From a virus, in the IMG/VR virus record IMGVR_UViG_3300025133_000069, positions 1 through 64,000 of that record: a stretch of 64,000 bases of DNA. One strand, written 5' to 3'. Shown in pieces: positions 45,353-54,002 of this stretch. The translations under genes and the position numbers were made by a program. The notes below the pieces were generated by a model that did not search any database, was not told where the DNA came from, and saw only the letters and a list, made by a program, of their open reading frames with translations. Positions within the stretch are counted from its first letter, which is position 1; every line of letters begins with the position of its first letter.

Positions 45353-46369
45353 ATGATTGCAGATATTGTTGTTGGATTACAGCATGGAGACGAAGCAAAA
45401 GGAAAAGTGACTCACCATCTTTGTTCAGAAGGTGGCTATACACATGTATTGAGATTTAATGGCGGTGGAAATGCTGGCCATACCATTTATCATAATGGTC
45501 GCAAGTTTGTAACACACTATATTCCAGCAGGTGTTTTTTATGGTATTAAAAGCATTATTGGAAGTGGATGTGTATTAAATATTCAGCATTTCTTCGAAGA
45601 GGTAGAAGAACTAAGAAAAGCAGATATTGATACATCTTTAATTAAAATAGCTAAAAATTGTCATATTATTACCAGTGATCATCTAAGTGAAGACAATAAA
45701 GATAAAAAAATTGGTACAACAAAAAGAGGCAATGGACCAGCTTATCGTAACAAATACAATCGTACAGGTTATCAAGCAAAAGATACTGTTGAATTACAAC
45801 CATTTTTGATCGATCTTTATGACGAATTTTTTAATAATGAAAACGAGGTTAAGATCTTATGTGAGGGTGCTCAGGGATTTGAGCTTGATATTGATTGGGG
45901 TGACTATCCATATGTTACTTCTAGTCATTGTACATCTGCCAGCGCGCTGTTGAACAGTATCCCCGCATCTGCAGTTAGAAATATTTGGGGTGTTGGAAAA
46001 GTATATGATACATATGTGGGAACAAAACATTTTGAGCCAAATGATGATGTATTCAATAAAATTAGAGAAGTTGGCGAAGAATATGGAGCAACGACCGGCC
46101 GTAACCGACAATGCAACTGGTTGGATATTAATCGACTGATTAAATCTATTAATATTAATGGTATTACCCACTTGGTGTTGAACAAGGTTGATGTATTAGA
46201 AAAAATTGGTGTTCATGCTTTATATGATCAGGAGAGGACACTTAAATTTAATGACGGCGCCGACATGCGGGCCTATATTTTAGGGCGCTTAGAGACACCA
46301 GATCTTCTTAGCGAATTACAAGAAGTATATTTTTCTGGTAATAAAAATAACTTAAACATGCCCTCTTAG
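45353..46369 (+). CDS. purA: Adenylosuccinate synthetase (short form)
   Basis: GLQHGDEAKGK, GGGNAGHT, IGTTKRGNGPAY, EGAQG, YPYVTSS, GATTGRNR, LNKVD. Confidence 0.95.
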   Translation: MIADIVVGLQHGDEAKGKVTHHLCSEGGYTHVLRFNGGGNAGHTIYHNGRKFVTHYIPAGVFYGIKSIIGSGCVLNIQHFFEEVEELRKADIDTSLIKIAKNCHIITSDHLSEDNKDKKIGTTKRGNGPAYRNKYNRTGYQAKDTVELQPFLIDLYDEFFNNENEVKILCEGAQGFELDIDWGDYPYVTSSHCTSASALLNSIPASAVRNIWGVGKVYDTYVGTKHFEPNDDVFNKIREVGEEYGATTGRNRQCNWLDINRLIKSININGITHLVLNKVDVLEKIGVHALYDQERTLKFNDGADMRAYILGRLETPDLLSELQEVYFSGNKNNLNMPS

Positions 46370-46435
46370 CTCAGTTGGTAGAGCATCGGACTCTTAATCC
46401 GCAGGTCGTAGGTTCGATCCCTACAGGGGGTACCA
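46360..46435 (+). tRNA. tRNA-Lys (anticodon CUU)
   Basis: Cloverleaf GCCCTCT...AGGGGGT-ACCA; loop CT-CTT-AA; overlaps the last 10 nt of purA. Confidence 0.92.
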
Positions 46436-46442
46436 CACACAG

Positions 46443-46772
46443 GTGAATATGAATTATAAATTAAAAAAAGATGAATACCTTTCTTCCAAAAAATATGTCT
46501 GGAAAGAAGGGGTATGCCTAGGACATATATATTCAGAAGTAAAAGAGAAACAAGGCATTAATTGGTCGAAATATAAACAAGATAAAACTCTTAGGATGAC
46601 AGTTAATGACAGGTTGATCGTAAAGTATAACGCGATATGTTATCCAAATGAAAGTTGTGGACAATATTCATCGTTAAAAGAAGCGATTACAGCTATTGAA
46701 AATAAACAACTAGAATTATTTGACAATTTAGAAAATTTTGATATAATTACTATTGGAAACGATAATGTCTGA
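46443..46772 (+). CDS. Hypothetical protein
   Basis: ORF track. Confidence 0.6.
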   Translation: MNMNYKLKKDEYLSSKKYVWKEGVCLGHIYSEVKEKQGINWSKYKQDKTLRMTVNDRLIVKYNAICYPNESCGQYSSLKEAITAIENKQLELFDNLENFDIITIGNDNV

Positions 46773-47397
46773 TCGGTGGAGTATGTGGACACGCAATGTT
46801 ATTGACAGATATAAAAATTGGTCTACTGAATCAATACGGAAAGATTTGCAGAGAACCGCAAATCCCTTCGCAGTTTGCATGGAACACTGGCAAGGCGATT
46901 TCAACATTAGTACGCTCATTCGTAACGCAAATGCGTTTAACGCTAAAAAAGTTTTTTATTTGGGCAAGAGACGCTTTGATCGCCGCGGAACGGTGGGTAC
47001 ACATCATTATGTGGATCTTGTTTTTCTTGGTGACAATCATAACTCACTGGTAGGCCTTAAAGATGAGTATACTTTCGTTGCGATTGACAACAACGTATCA
47101 AATACGCGCAAATTGAGTGAATTTGATTGGAATATGCTACAAAAACCACCTCTTATGCTCTTTGGTGAGGAGGGAGTAGGTTTAACTAGTGAGACTTTAG
47201 CTCTGGCTGATTATACGGTAGAGGTTCCTCAATATGGTTCGGTTCGGAGTTTGAACGTAGGCACTTGTTCGGGGATATTGATGTATGATTATATGATGAA
47301 TTTACAAAATTCCAAAGATTTCTGTGAGTCACAGACAAAGAAATGTGATGAAATCTGTAATGGACAGAATGAATCATCCCAACTACTTCTCCTTTAA
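46765..47397 (+). CDS. TrmH/SpoU-family RNA 2'-O-methyltransferase
   Basis: FNISTLIRNANAF, LMLFGEEGVGL, VPQYGSVRSLNVG (SPOUT motifs). Confidence 0.9.
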   Translation: MSDRWSMWTRNVIDRYKNWSTESIRKDLQRTANPFAVCMEHWQGDFNISTLIRNANAFNAKKVFYLGKRRFDRRGTVGTHHYVDLVFLGDNHNSLVGLKDEYTFVAIDNNVSNTRKLSEFDWNMLQKPPLMLFGEEGVGLTSETLALADYTVEVPQYGSVRSLNVGTCSGILMYDYMMNLQNSKDFCESQTKKCDEICNGQNESSQLLLL

Positions 47398-48001
47398 CAT
47401 TTAATACCGCTGATCCGGAAGATCCGCCAATCACTGGAATACTATAAAACGCCCTATTATTACTTATGCCAAAAAAGAAACCTTCATATAATGGTACCAT
47501 TTCGCCATCTGCTATTCCTACAGGTGCTGAAATATTGTATACTCTATCACCATATTCTGGCTTTACAGGAGATACTTCGATTGCACTCATTGGTAACTTT
47601 TCTGCGTTTAGTAGACAAACATCTAAATCTACATCATATTTTATTACATCTACATAGAATTTTTTATTATCGCGATCAATTGCTCGAAGAACAATCTTTG
47701 CACCCTCAAATGATCCTAACATGCCCTTAAATTCATCAACTTTGCAAACATGAGCTGCTGTCAAAATAACTTTACTATTATTATGGCGAATCACCATCCC
47801 AGAACCAGATGAAAATAACATGTAGGGATCACAAAGTGCTGGGTCTTCTTCTAGCTCACAAACTTTAAATTTGACTAGTGTTTCTATTTTCACAAAAGAT
47901 TTTTTAGCTGTTGTTAAATTCTTTAGAGCGTTGATTTGCAACGCGCAGCTATTTATTATGAATGAAAATAACAATATAAAAATTAAAGAAAAATATTTCA
48001 T
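47186..48001 (-). CDS. Trypsin-like serine protease, lipoprotein-like
   Basis: LTAAHVC, DLDVCLL, GGSSGS catalytic triad motifs; signal ending FIINSC; ACTAGTTA box at 48010-48017 (minus strand). Confidence 0.88.
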   Translation of the reverse strand: MKYFSLIFILLFSFIINSCALQINALKNLTTAKKSFVKIETLVKFKVCELEEDPALCDPYMLFSSGSGMVIRHNNSKVILTAAHVCKVDEFKGMLGSFEGAKIVLRAIDRDNKKFYVDVIKYDVDLDVCLLNAEKLPMSAIEVSPVKPEYGDRVYNISAPVGIADGEMVPLYEGFFFGISNNRAFYSIPVIGGSSGSAVLNVKGEVVGMIHSVHYRFHHISLSVTHRNLWNFVNSSYNHTSISPNKCLRSNSEPNHIEEPLPYNQPELKSH

Positions 48002-48038
48002 TGTATTTATAACTAGTGGCTGAACATCTGAGAATTTT

Positions 48039-49346
48039 ATGAAAAAAATTTATATTCTTGATACAAACGTTTTTTTGACAAACGCTAAATCAATTTTTGA
48101 GTTTAAAAACAACGATATAGTCGTTCCTCTTAAGGTTCTTGACGAAATTGATAAACACAAAAAAAGACAAGATGGCGTTGGTTTAAACGCTCGTGCTGTT
48201 ATTCGTACGTTGGACAACTTAAGAAGTCGAGGAAATTTGCATAAAGGCGTGCGAATCGCGAAAGGAAGAGGAATATTATTTGTAAGAGGATACGATATAG
48301 AAGATATTCCTCTTGGATGTGATTTAAAGAGCGCAGATAACGAAATTATTACAACAGCGATTACTGAACAAAAAAAGAACCTTAAAAGAAAAGTGATCGT
48401 TGTAACACGCGATATTAACATGCGTGTGAAGTGTGATTCACTTGAAATATTAACTGAAGATTATATCACTAACAAGGTTGTAACAGATCACAATAAATTA
48501 TTTGCTGGATTTTCAAAACATTTAGTTGACGATCAAATAGTTGATCATGTATACGAAGGACAAGAAGTCGTTTTTGATAAAGAAGAAGGAAAATTTAACC
48601 CAAATCAATTTTTAATGTTGGTATCTAACGCAAATGAAAAGAAAACAGCTTTAGTAAGATTTAAAAATTACAACGTACCTTTACATAAAGTTTCTGAATA
48701 TAAGAATGGCGTTTGGGGACTGAAGCCTAGAAACAAAGAACAAATGTTCGCTTTAGACGTTCTATTAGATCCAAACATACCTATCGTTACATTAGTTGGA
48801 AAAGCTGGTTGCGGTAAAACTCTTTTGGCAATTGCAGCTGGTTTAGATCAAGTATTAGACCAAGAAAGATATAAAAAATTGGTTGTGTCTAGGCCGGTGC
48901 AGCCATTAGGAAAAGATATAGGTTATCTTCCCGGGACAATGGAAGAAAAAATGAGACCATGGCTAATGCCGATCCAAGATAACTTGGATCACTTGTTAGA
49001 TGGTAAAAAAGAGTCTATGTCTATGTTTTTTGAAAATGGCACTATTCAGATAGAGGCACTTACATACATCAGAGGTAGATCGATATCTAATGCATTTATT
49101 ATTGTTGATGAAGCACAAAATTTAACAATACATGAATTAAAGACTATAATCACTAGAGTGGGTGAAAATACTAAAATAGTCCTTACAGGCGACATAGAAC
49201 AAATTGATAGTGTTTATTTAGATTCAACATCTAATGGGCTATCCTATGCAGTAGAAAAACTTAAAGCGCATGATCTATCTGGTCATATGACTTTAATAAA
49301 AGGTGAAAGATCAAAAGTAGCTACTTTAGCTTCAAGGGTGTTATAA
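48039..49346 (+). CDS. phoH: PhoH-family ATPase with N-terminal PIN domain
   Basis: YILDTNV (PIN), GKAGCGKT, GYLPGT, YIRGRS, IVDEAQN, TGDIEQID. Confidence 0.95.
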   Translation: MKKIYILDTNVFLTNAKSIFEFKNNDIVVPLKVLDEIDKHKKRQDGVGLNARAVIRTLDNLRSRGNLHKGVRIAKGRGILFVRGYDIEDIPLGCDLKSADNEIITTAITEQKKNLKRKVIVVTRDINMRVKCDSLEILTEDYITNKVVTDHNKLFAGFSKHLVDDQIVDHVYEGQEVVFDKEEGKFNPNQFLMLVSNANEKKTALVRFKNYNVPLHKVSEYKNGVWGLKPRNKEQMFALDVLLDPNIPIVTLVGKAGCGKTLLAIAAGLDQVLDQERYKKLVVSRPVQPLGKDIGYLPGTMEEKMRPWLMPIQDNLDHLLDGKKESMSMFFENGTIQIEALTYIRGRSISNAFIIVDEAQNLTIHELKTIITRVGENTKIVLTGDIEQIDSVYLDSTSNGLSYAVEKLKAHDLSGHMTLIKGERSKVATLASRVL

Positions 49347-49657
49347 TGGAAATAATGAAAGCAAAGGAACTTGAAAAAAACCCAACATTAAAACAGGTAG
49401 TAGAGCCTGAAAACGATTTAAAAAATTTTTTAGTTGAATATGTTGGTGAAAAAGCAAGCCCTAACGACCAAAATGTTACGGTTGAGATGATAATTGAGAC
49501 AATGGCTAATGAATTCCCAGAATTTCTTCTTGCCATGGCAGAAGAGAACTGGATTCGAGGCTATCAACAAGCACTTGACGATGTTGACCTTGGAAAAGGT
49601 ATATTTGAGAAAATCGATGACAAACAGAAAAAACATTGTAAATTATGTGAAAAATAA
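49346..49657 (+). CDS. Hypothetical protein
   Basis: ORF track; coupled to phoH. Confidence 0.7.
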   Translation: MEIMKAKELEKNPTLKQVVEPENDLKNFLVEYVGEKASPNDQNVTVEMIIETMANEFPEFLLAMAEENWIRGYQQALDDVDLGKGIFEKIDDKQKKHCKLCEK

Positions 49658-50315
49658 GAAAAATAGCCTAAAACAGCAGAAAATTGGTGATATAAGCATC
49701 TTTATAAAGGATAATATCACGAATAACGTTAAATATGAGACTGTTTTTGAGCATATTAATTTTATTTTACCTTATAAGATATTAAATTTGATTGATGTGG
49801 TGTATATTGGTGATTTTGATTTTTTTGAACATCGAGCAATCAATGCAGTATATATGGACCGTGCTATCTATGTTTCTAATGAACAGAGTAATAAAGAAGA
49901 CATGATTGACGATATAGTGCATGAAGTTGCACATGCTGTTGAAGAAACACATAAATATTTTATTTATAATGATAAATTAGTAGAAAATGAGTTTTTAGGC
50001 AAAAGAAACAAATTGGAACTAATGTTAAACCATGAAGGGTATAATACTGATCATTTAGACTTTTTAAATCTGGCTTATGAAAAAGAGTTAGATCTTTTTT
50101 TGTATGATGAGGTAGGAAATGCAAATTTAAATAAATTAATTAATGGACTCTTCATGAGAGGATATTCAGCTGTTTCACTGAGAGAATATTTCGCTACTAC
50201 TTTTGAAGAATACTATTTAGGAAATAACTTTGATGTAAAAGGAATATCACCTTTTTTATATGAAAAAATAAATTTAATAAACGAAGAACAGGAACTTAAT
50301 AAAAATGAATTTTAA
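49617..50315 (+). CDS. HExxH zinc metallopeptidase-like protein
   Basis: IVHEVAHAVE...SLREYFA; start uncertain. Confidence 0.7.
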   Translation: MTNRKNIVNYVKNKKNSLKQQKIGDISIFIKDNITNNVKYETVFEHINFILPYKILNLIDVVYIGDFDFFEHRAINAVYMDRAIYVSNEQSNKEDMIDDIVHEVAHAVEETHKYFIYNDKLVENEFLGKRNKLELMLNHEGYNTDHLDFLNLAYEKELDLFLYDEVGNANLNKLINGLFMRGYSAVSLREYFATTFEEYYLGNNFDVKGISPFLYEKINLINEEQELNKNEF

Positions 50316-50712
50316 TATTGATATTGATAAAGAAAAAAATGTACTTACTATTACTGTAATACTGCCAACTCGGAGAGTGGCAAAAACACCAAAAAAGAAG
50401 GTTGGTTATCGTACTATGAAAAAACTTTTAGATGAAAATTTGAAGCTTCCTAAAAATTATACTTTAGGAAAATGTATTAATCCTCATGTAACGGTTGATA
50501 ATTCTCCTGATACTTCGACAAAAGCGGTTTGGAGTTTTAATCTCCTATCAGACGTAAAGCCCTCGCAGAAAAAAGTAGTCGCACCGAAAAAGACTCTCCT
50601 ATCAGACGTAAAGCCCTCGAAGAAAAAAGTAGTCGCACCGAAAAAGACGGTGACAAAATCTCAACCTTCCCTGAAAAAGAAAAAAACGAAAAAGCCTGTG
50701 GAGGAAAAGTGA
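50305..50712 (+). CDS. Lys-rich hypothetical protein
   Basis: ORF track; contains an 18-aa duplication. Confidence 0.65.
   Translation: MNFNIDIDKEKNVLTITVILPTRRVAKTPKKKVGYRTMKKLLDENLKLPKNYTLGKCINPHVTVDNSPDTSTKAVWSFNLLSDVKPSQKKVVAPKKTLLSDVKPSKKKVVAPKKTVTKSQPSLKKKKTKKPVEEK
50542..50649 (+). repeat. 54-bp tandem duplication (LLSDVKPS(Q/K)KKVVAPKKT twice)
   Basis: Two near-identical 54-nt units. Confidence 0.95.
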
Positions 50713-51488
50713 GTCATATATCTTTTTCCGAATTAAAAAACTGGAATGATTGTCCTTTTAAACATAAATTAGTATATGTTGATAAGATAAAAAAGTTTGT
50801 TGGGAATGAATACACTGCTTTTGGAAAAGCAATTCACGATACTTGTGAAAAGATGATTCTTTCTGAAACTGTAGTACCTAATTTGAGTACATTTTTCGAT
50901 CTCCAATTTTTAGATGAGTTGCAAAGACTAAAAGAAGAAAATATAGAACTTAAACAAAATTTGATCAACGATATGAGAGAGCAAGGTAGTTCTTTAACCA
51001 ACTTCATCCTTCCGGCGGTCAAAGAAACTTTTGTAGAATATGAAGTTATTTCAGCAGAAGAAGCGCTTTATGAAGATATAGAAAACTCTGAATTTAAATT
51101 TAAAGGGTACATTGATTTAGTCTTAAAAACAAAAGATGGCAAATACCATATTATTGATTGGAAAACTTGTTCGTGGGGATGGGACAGGAAAAGAAAAGCG
51201 GATAGAATGACAACATATCAGCTAACTTTGTATAAGTATTATTTTGCAAAAAAGCATAATGTTGATTTGTCTAATATCGAAACTCACTTTGCTTTATTAA
51301 AAAGAACTGCCAAGAAAAACAAAGTAGAGATATTTCGTGTAACTAGTGGACCAAAAAAAACAGAAAATGCTGTTAACTTATTGAACAAAGCGCTTTATAA
51401 TATAGAACATAAGAAATATATAAAAAATCGTTTATCTTGTACACAAGGATACGGTTGCGAATTTTATAAAACAGAACATTGTAGGTAG
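50709..51488 (+). CDS. PD-(D/E)XK nuclease (RecB/Cas4-like exonuclease)
   Basis: ISFS...CP, FGKAIH, KGYIDLV, IIDWKT, QLTLY, C-terminal Cys cluster. Confidence 0.88.
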   Translation: MSHISFSELKNWNDCPFKHKLVYVDKIKKFVGNEYTAFGKAIHDTCEKMILSETVVPNLSTFFDLQFLDELQRLKEENIELKQNLINDMREQGSSLTNFILPAVKETFVEYEVISAEEALYEDIENSEFKFKGYIDLVLKTKDGKYHIIDWKTCSWGWDRKRKADRMTTYQLTLYKYYFAKKHNVDLSNIETHFALLKRTAKKNKVEIFRVTSGPKKTENAVNLLNKALYNIEHKKYIKNRLSCTQGYGCEFYKTEHCR

Positions 51489-51491
51489 TAT

Positions 51492-52745
51492 ATGAAAAGA
51501 CTTAAGATTTTTGTAATATCCGATCATCCTTTTTCTCCATCGGGCGTTGGTATACAGACTCGAAATATGATTGAGAACTTGCTTGAAACTGGCAAATATA
51601 TATTTAGATGCTTTGGTGGAGCAATCAAACATCAAAACTATGAGCCCCAAAAAACAGAAAAATATGGAGATGATTTAATCGTTTACCCTGTCGATGGTTA
51701 CGGTAGCCAAGAAACAGTAAGATCCATGATAAGAACGGAAAGACCAGATATGCTTTGGTTCATGACTGATCCAAGGTTTTTTCCGTGGCTTTGGGAAATA
51801 GAAGATGAAATTCGCTCGTTGATACCGATGGTATATTATCATGTATGGGATAATTACCCATATCCAGATTTCAATGGTCAGTGGTACAATTCAACAGATG
51901 TAATAACTTGTATATCAAAAGTAACTCATGATATAGTAAAAAATGTTGCGCCAGCAGTAGAAAGTCATTATCTCCCACATGCTGTTGCTTCTGATATATT
52001 TAAGCCTTTAAGCGAAGAAGAAATATTAGATTTTCGAAAAACTCATGTTGGCGTTGACGAAAATAAATTTATTGTTTTTTGGAATAATCGAAACGCTCGT
52101 CGCAAACAACCAGGTACTTTGATTCATTGGTTTAAAGAGTTTTTGGAAAAAGTTGGAAAAGATAAAGCGATGCTTATAATGCATACTGATCCATCTGATC
52201 CCAATGGGCCAAACTTAACCAATATAATTGAAAATTTAGGGCTTACTGATGGCGAAGTAAAATTTTCAACTCAAAAAGTTGAATTTCATCATTTAGCCGC
52301 AATGTATAATATAGCAGATGTCACTGTTAACATATCAGACGCAGAGGGTTTTGGTTTAGCAACACTAGAGTCTCTTTCGTGTGGAACACCAATCATTGTG
52401 ACAATGACCGGAGGTTTACAAGAGCAAGTAACTGATGGAGAAGAGTGGTTCGGTGTAGGAATTGAACCAAATTCTAAAGCTGTTATAGGATCTCAAGATG
52501 TACCATATATCTATGAAGATCGAATTGGAAAAGAGGATTTTGTTAGTGCTCTTATAAAAATCTATGAGTTAAACAGACCTCAAAGAAGAGAATTTGGTCT
52601 TAAAGGCCGCGAACATGTTATAAAAAACTATAATTTTGAAACTTATCACAAGAGATGGGATGAGCTATTACAAAATATACATGAAAAATATGGCTCTTGG
52701 GATACAAGAAAGCATTACAAAACTTGGGAGTTCACAGAGGTATAA
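51492..52745 (+). CDS. GT-B (GT4-like) glycosyltransferase
   Basis: NRNARRKQP, YNIADV, AEGFGLATLESLSCGTPII. Confidence 0.9.
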   Translation: MKRLKIFVISDHPFSPSGVGIQTRNMIENLLETGKYIFRCFGGAIKHQNYEPQKTEKYGDDLIVYPVDGYGSQETVRSMIRTERPDMLWFMTDPRFFPWLWEIEDEIRSLIPMVYYHVWDNYPYPDFNGQWYNSTDVITCISKVTHDIVKNVAPAVESHYLPHAVASDIFKPLSEEEILDFRKTHVGVDENKFIVFWNNRNARRKQPGTLIHWFKEFLEKVGKDKAMLIMHTDPSDPNGPNLTNIIENLGLTDGEVKFSTQKVEFHHLAAMYNIADVTVNISDAEGFGLATLESLSCGTPIIVTMTGGLQEQVTDGEEWFGVGIEPNSKAVIGSQDVPYIYEDRIGKEDFVSALIKIYELNRPQRREFGLKGREHVIKNYNFETYHKRWDELLQNIHEKYGSWDTRKHYKTWEFTEV

Positions 52746-52748
52746 AAT

Positions 52749-54002
52749 ATGCGAAAGAAAATACTTTTAAAAGGCCCGGTTTTAACTCAATCTGGATATG
52801 GTCATCACGCACGTACGGTTTTAAGAGCTTTACGAACACGAGAAGACCTTTTCGATATTTATATCCAAGCTATAACCTGGGGAAATTGCAGTTGGCAGTG
52901 GGAAGATTCAGAAGAAAGAAGATGGATTGACACAATTTTGCAAAAGACTTTGGTCCATATAAAGGAGCAAGGGCATTTTGATATATCTTTACAAGTCACT
53001 ATACCTAACGAGTGGGAAAAATTGGCTCCTGTAAACATTGGTATAACAGCAGGCATCGAAACTACAAAAGTGTCGTCGCAATGGATTGAAAAATCCTTTT
53101 TAATGGATAAAATCATAACCATCTCAGAACATTCTAAATGGTCTTATGAAAGCACAGTATATCAAGCACAAGACCCAGATACTGGTCAAATTTTTGAAGC
53201 TAAATGTGAAACTCCAATAGAAGTTGTACATTATCCTGTGCGAAAATTTGAACCTGCTAAATTAGACTTGAATTTGTCTACTGACTTCAATTTTTTGAGC
53301 GTAGCTCAATGGAGCCCTAGGAAAAATATTCAACAATTAATAAAATGTTTTGTTGAACAATATAAAGAAGATGAGAACGTAGGTTTAATTCTTAAACTTA
53401 ATATCGCTAAAAATTCCCTAATTGATCGTATCCATTTAAACCATCAAGTTAAAAGCTTTTTACACGAATTCTCAGAGAGAAAATGTAAAATTTATACTTT
53501 ACATGGTTATATGACCGATGAAGAAATGGCTGGTTTATACAACCATCCAAAAATCAAGGCTTATGCCACAACAACACATGGCGAGGGTTTTGGTTTACCA
53601 TTATTTGAAGCAGCATATTACGGCATGCCAGTTGTTGCACCCGATTGGAGTGGTCATTTAGACTTTCTTTACATGCCAAAAAAAGACAAAAAAGGTACAT
53701 TTAAGAAGAAACCGATGTTTTCAAGAGTTGGATACACTCTACAACCAATTGAACCATCCTCGGTTTGGGATGGCGTTCTTCAGGCCGATTCAAAGTGGGC
53801 CATCCCAGAAGACGGCTCTCTTAAGATGGCAATGAGTGATCTGACTAACGATTATGGTAGACATGTTAAGAGAGCAAAAGAGCTTCAAAAATGGATTTGT
53901 GAAGAATTTAATGAAGAAAAACAATATGAAAACTTTATCTCCTCAATTCATGATTTCGTGGGCGATCTAGAATCTGAAGAAGCAATTAAAATCTTTTCAT
54001 GA
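52749..54002 (+). CDS. GT-B (GT4-like) glycosyltransferase
   Basis: SGYG, PRKN, GEGFGLPLFEAAYYGMPVVAPDWSGH. Confidence 0.9.
   Translation: MRKKILLKGPVLTQSGYGHHARTVLRALRTREDLFDIYIQAITWGNCSWQWEDSEERRWIDTILQKTLVHIKEQGHFDISLQVTIPNEWEKLAPVNIGITAGIETTKVSSQWIEKSFLMDKIITISEHSKWSYESTVYQAQDPDTGQIFEAKCETPIEVVHYPVRKFEPAKLDLNLSTDFNFLSVAQWSPRKNIQQLIKCFVEQYKEDENVGLILKLNIAKNSLIDRIHLNHQVKSFLHEFSERKCKIYTLHGYMTDEEMAGLYNHPKIKAYATTTHGEGFGLPLFEAAYYGMPVVAPDWSGHLDFLYMPKKDKKGTFKKKPMFSRVGYTLQPIEPSSVWDGVLQADSKWAIPEDGSLKMAMSDLTNDYGRHVKRAKELQKWICEEFNEEKQYENFISSIHDFVGDLESEEAIKIFS

Noticed and set aside
45353-46369. PurZ (2-aminoadenine, Z-genome) instead of PurA
   Set aside because: The catalytic Asp is retained (GDEAKGK) where PurZ has Ser, and no dATPase partner is recognisable nearby.
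48004-48011. T4-type TATAAATA late promoter (minus strand)
   Set aside because: It is expected by chance in AT-rich DNA and is not the recurring upstream motif; the overlapping ACTAGTTA box explains the site.
50709-51488. Cas4 as part of a CRISPR-Cas system
   Set aside because: No cas1/cas2 or array in the window; solo PD-(D/E)XK nucleases are common in phages.
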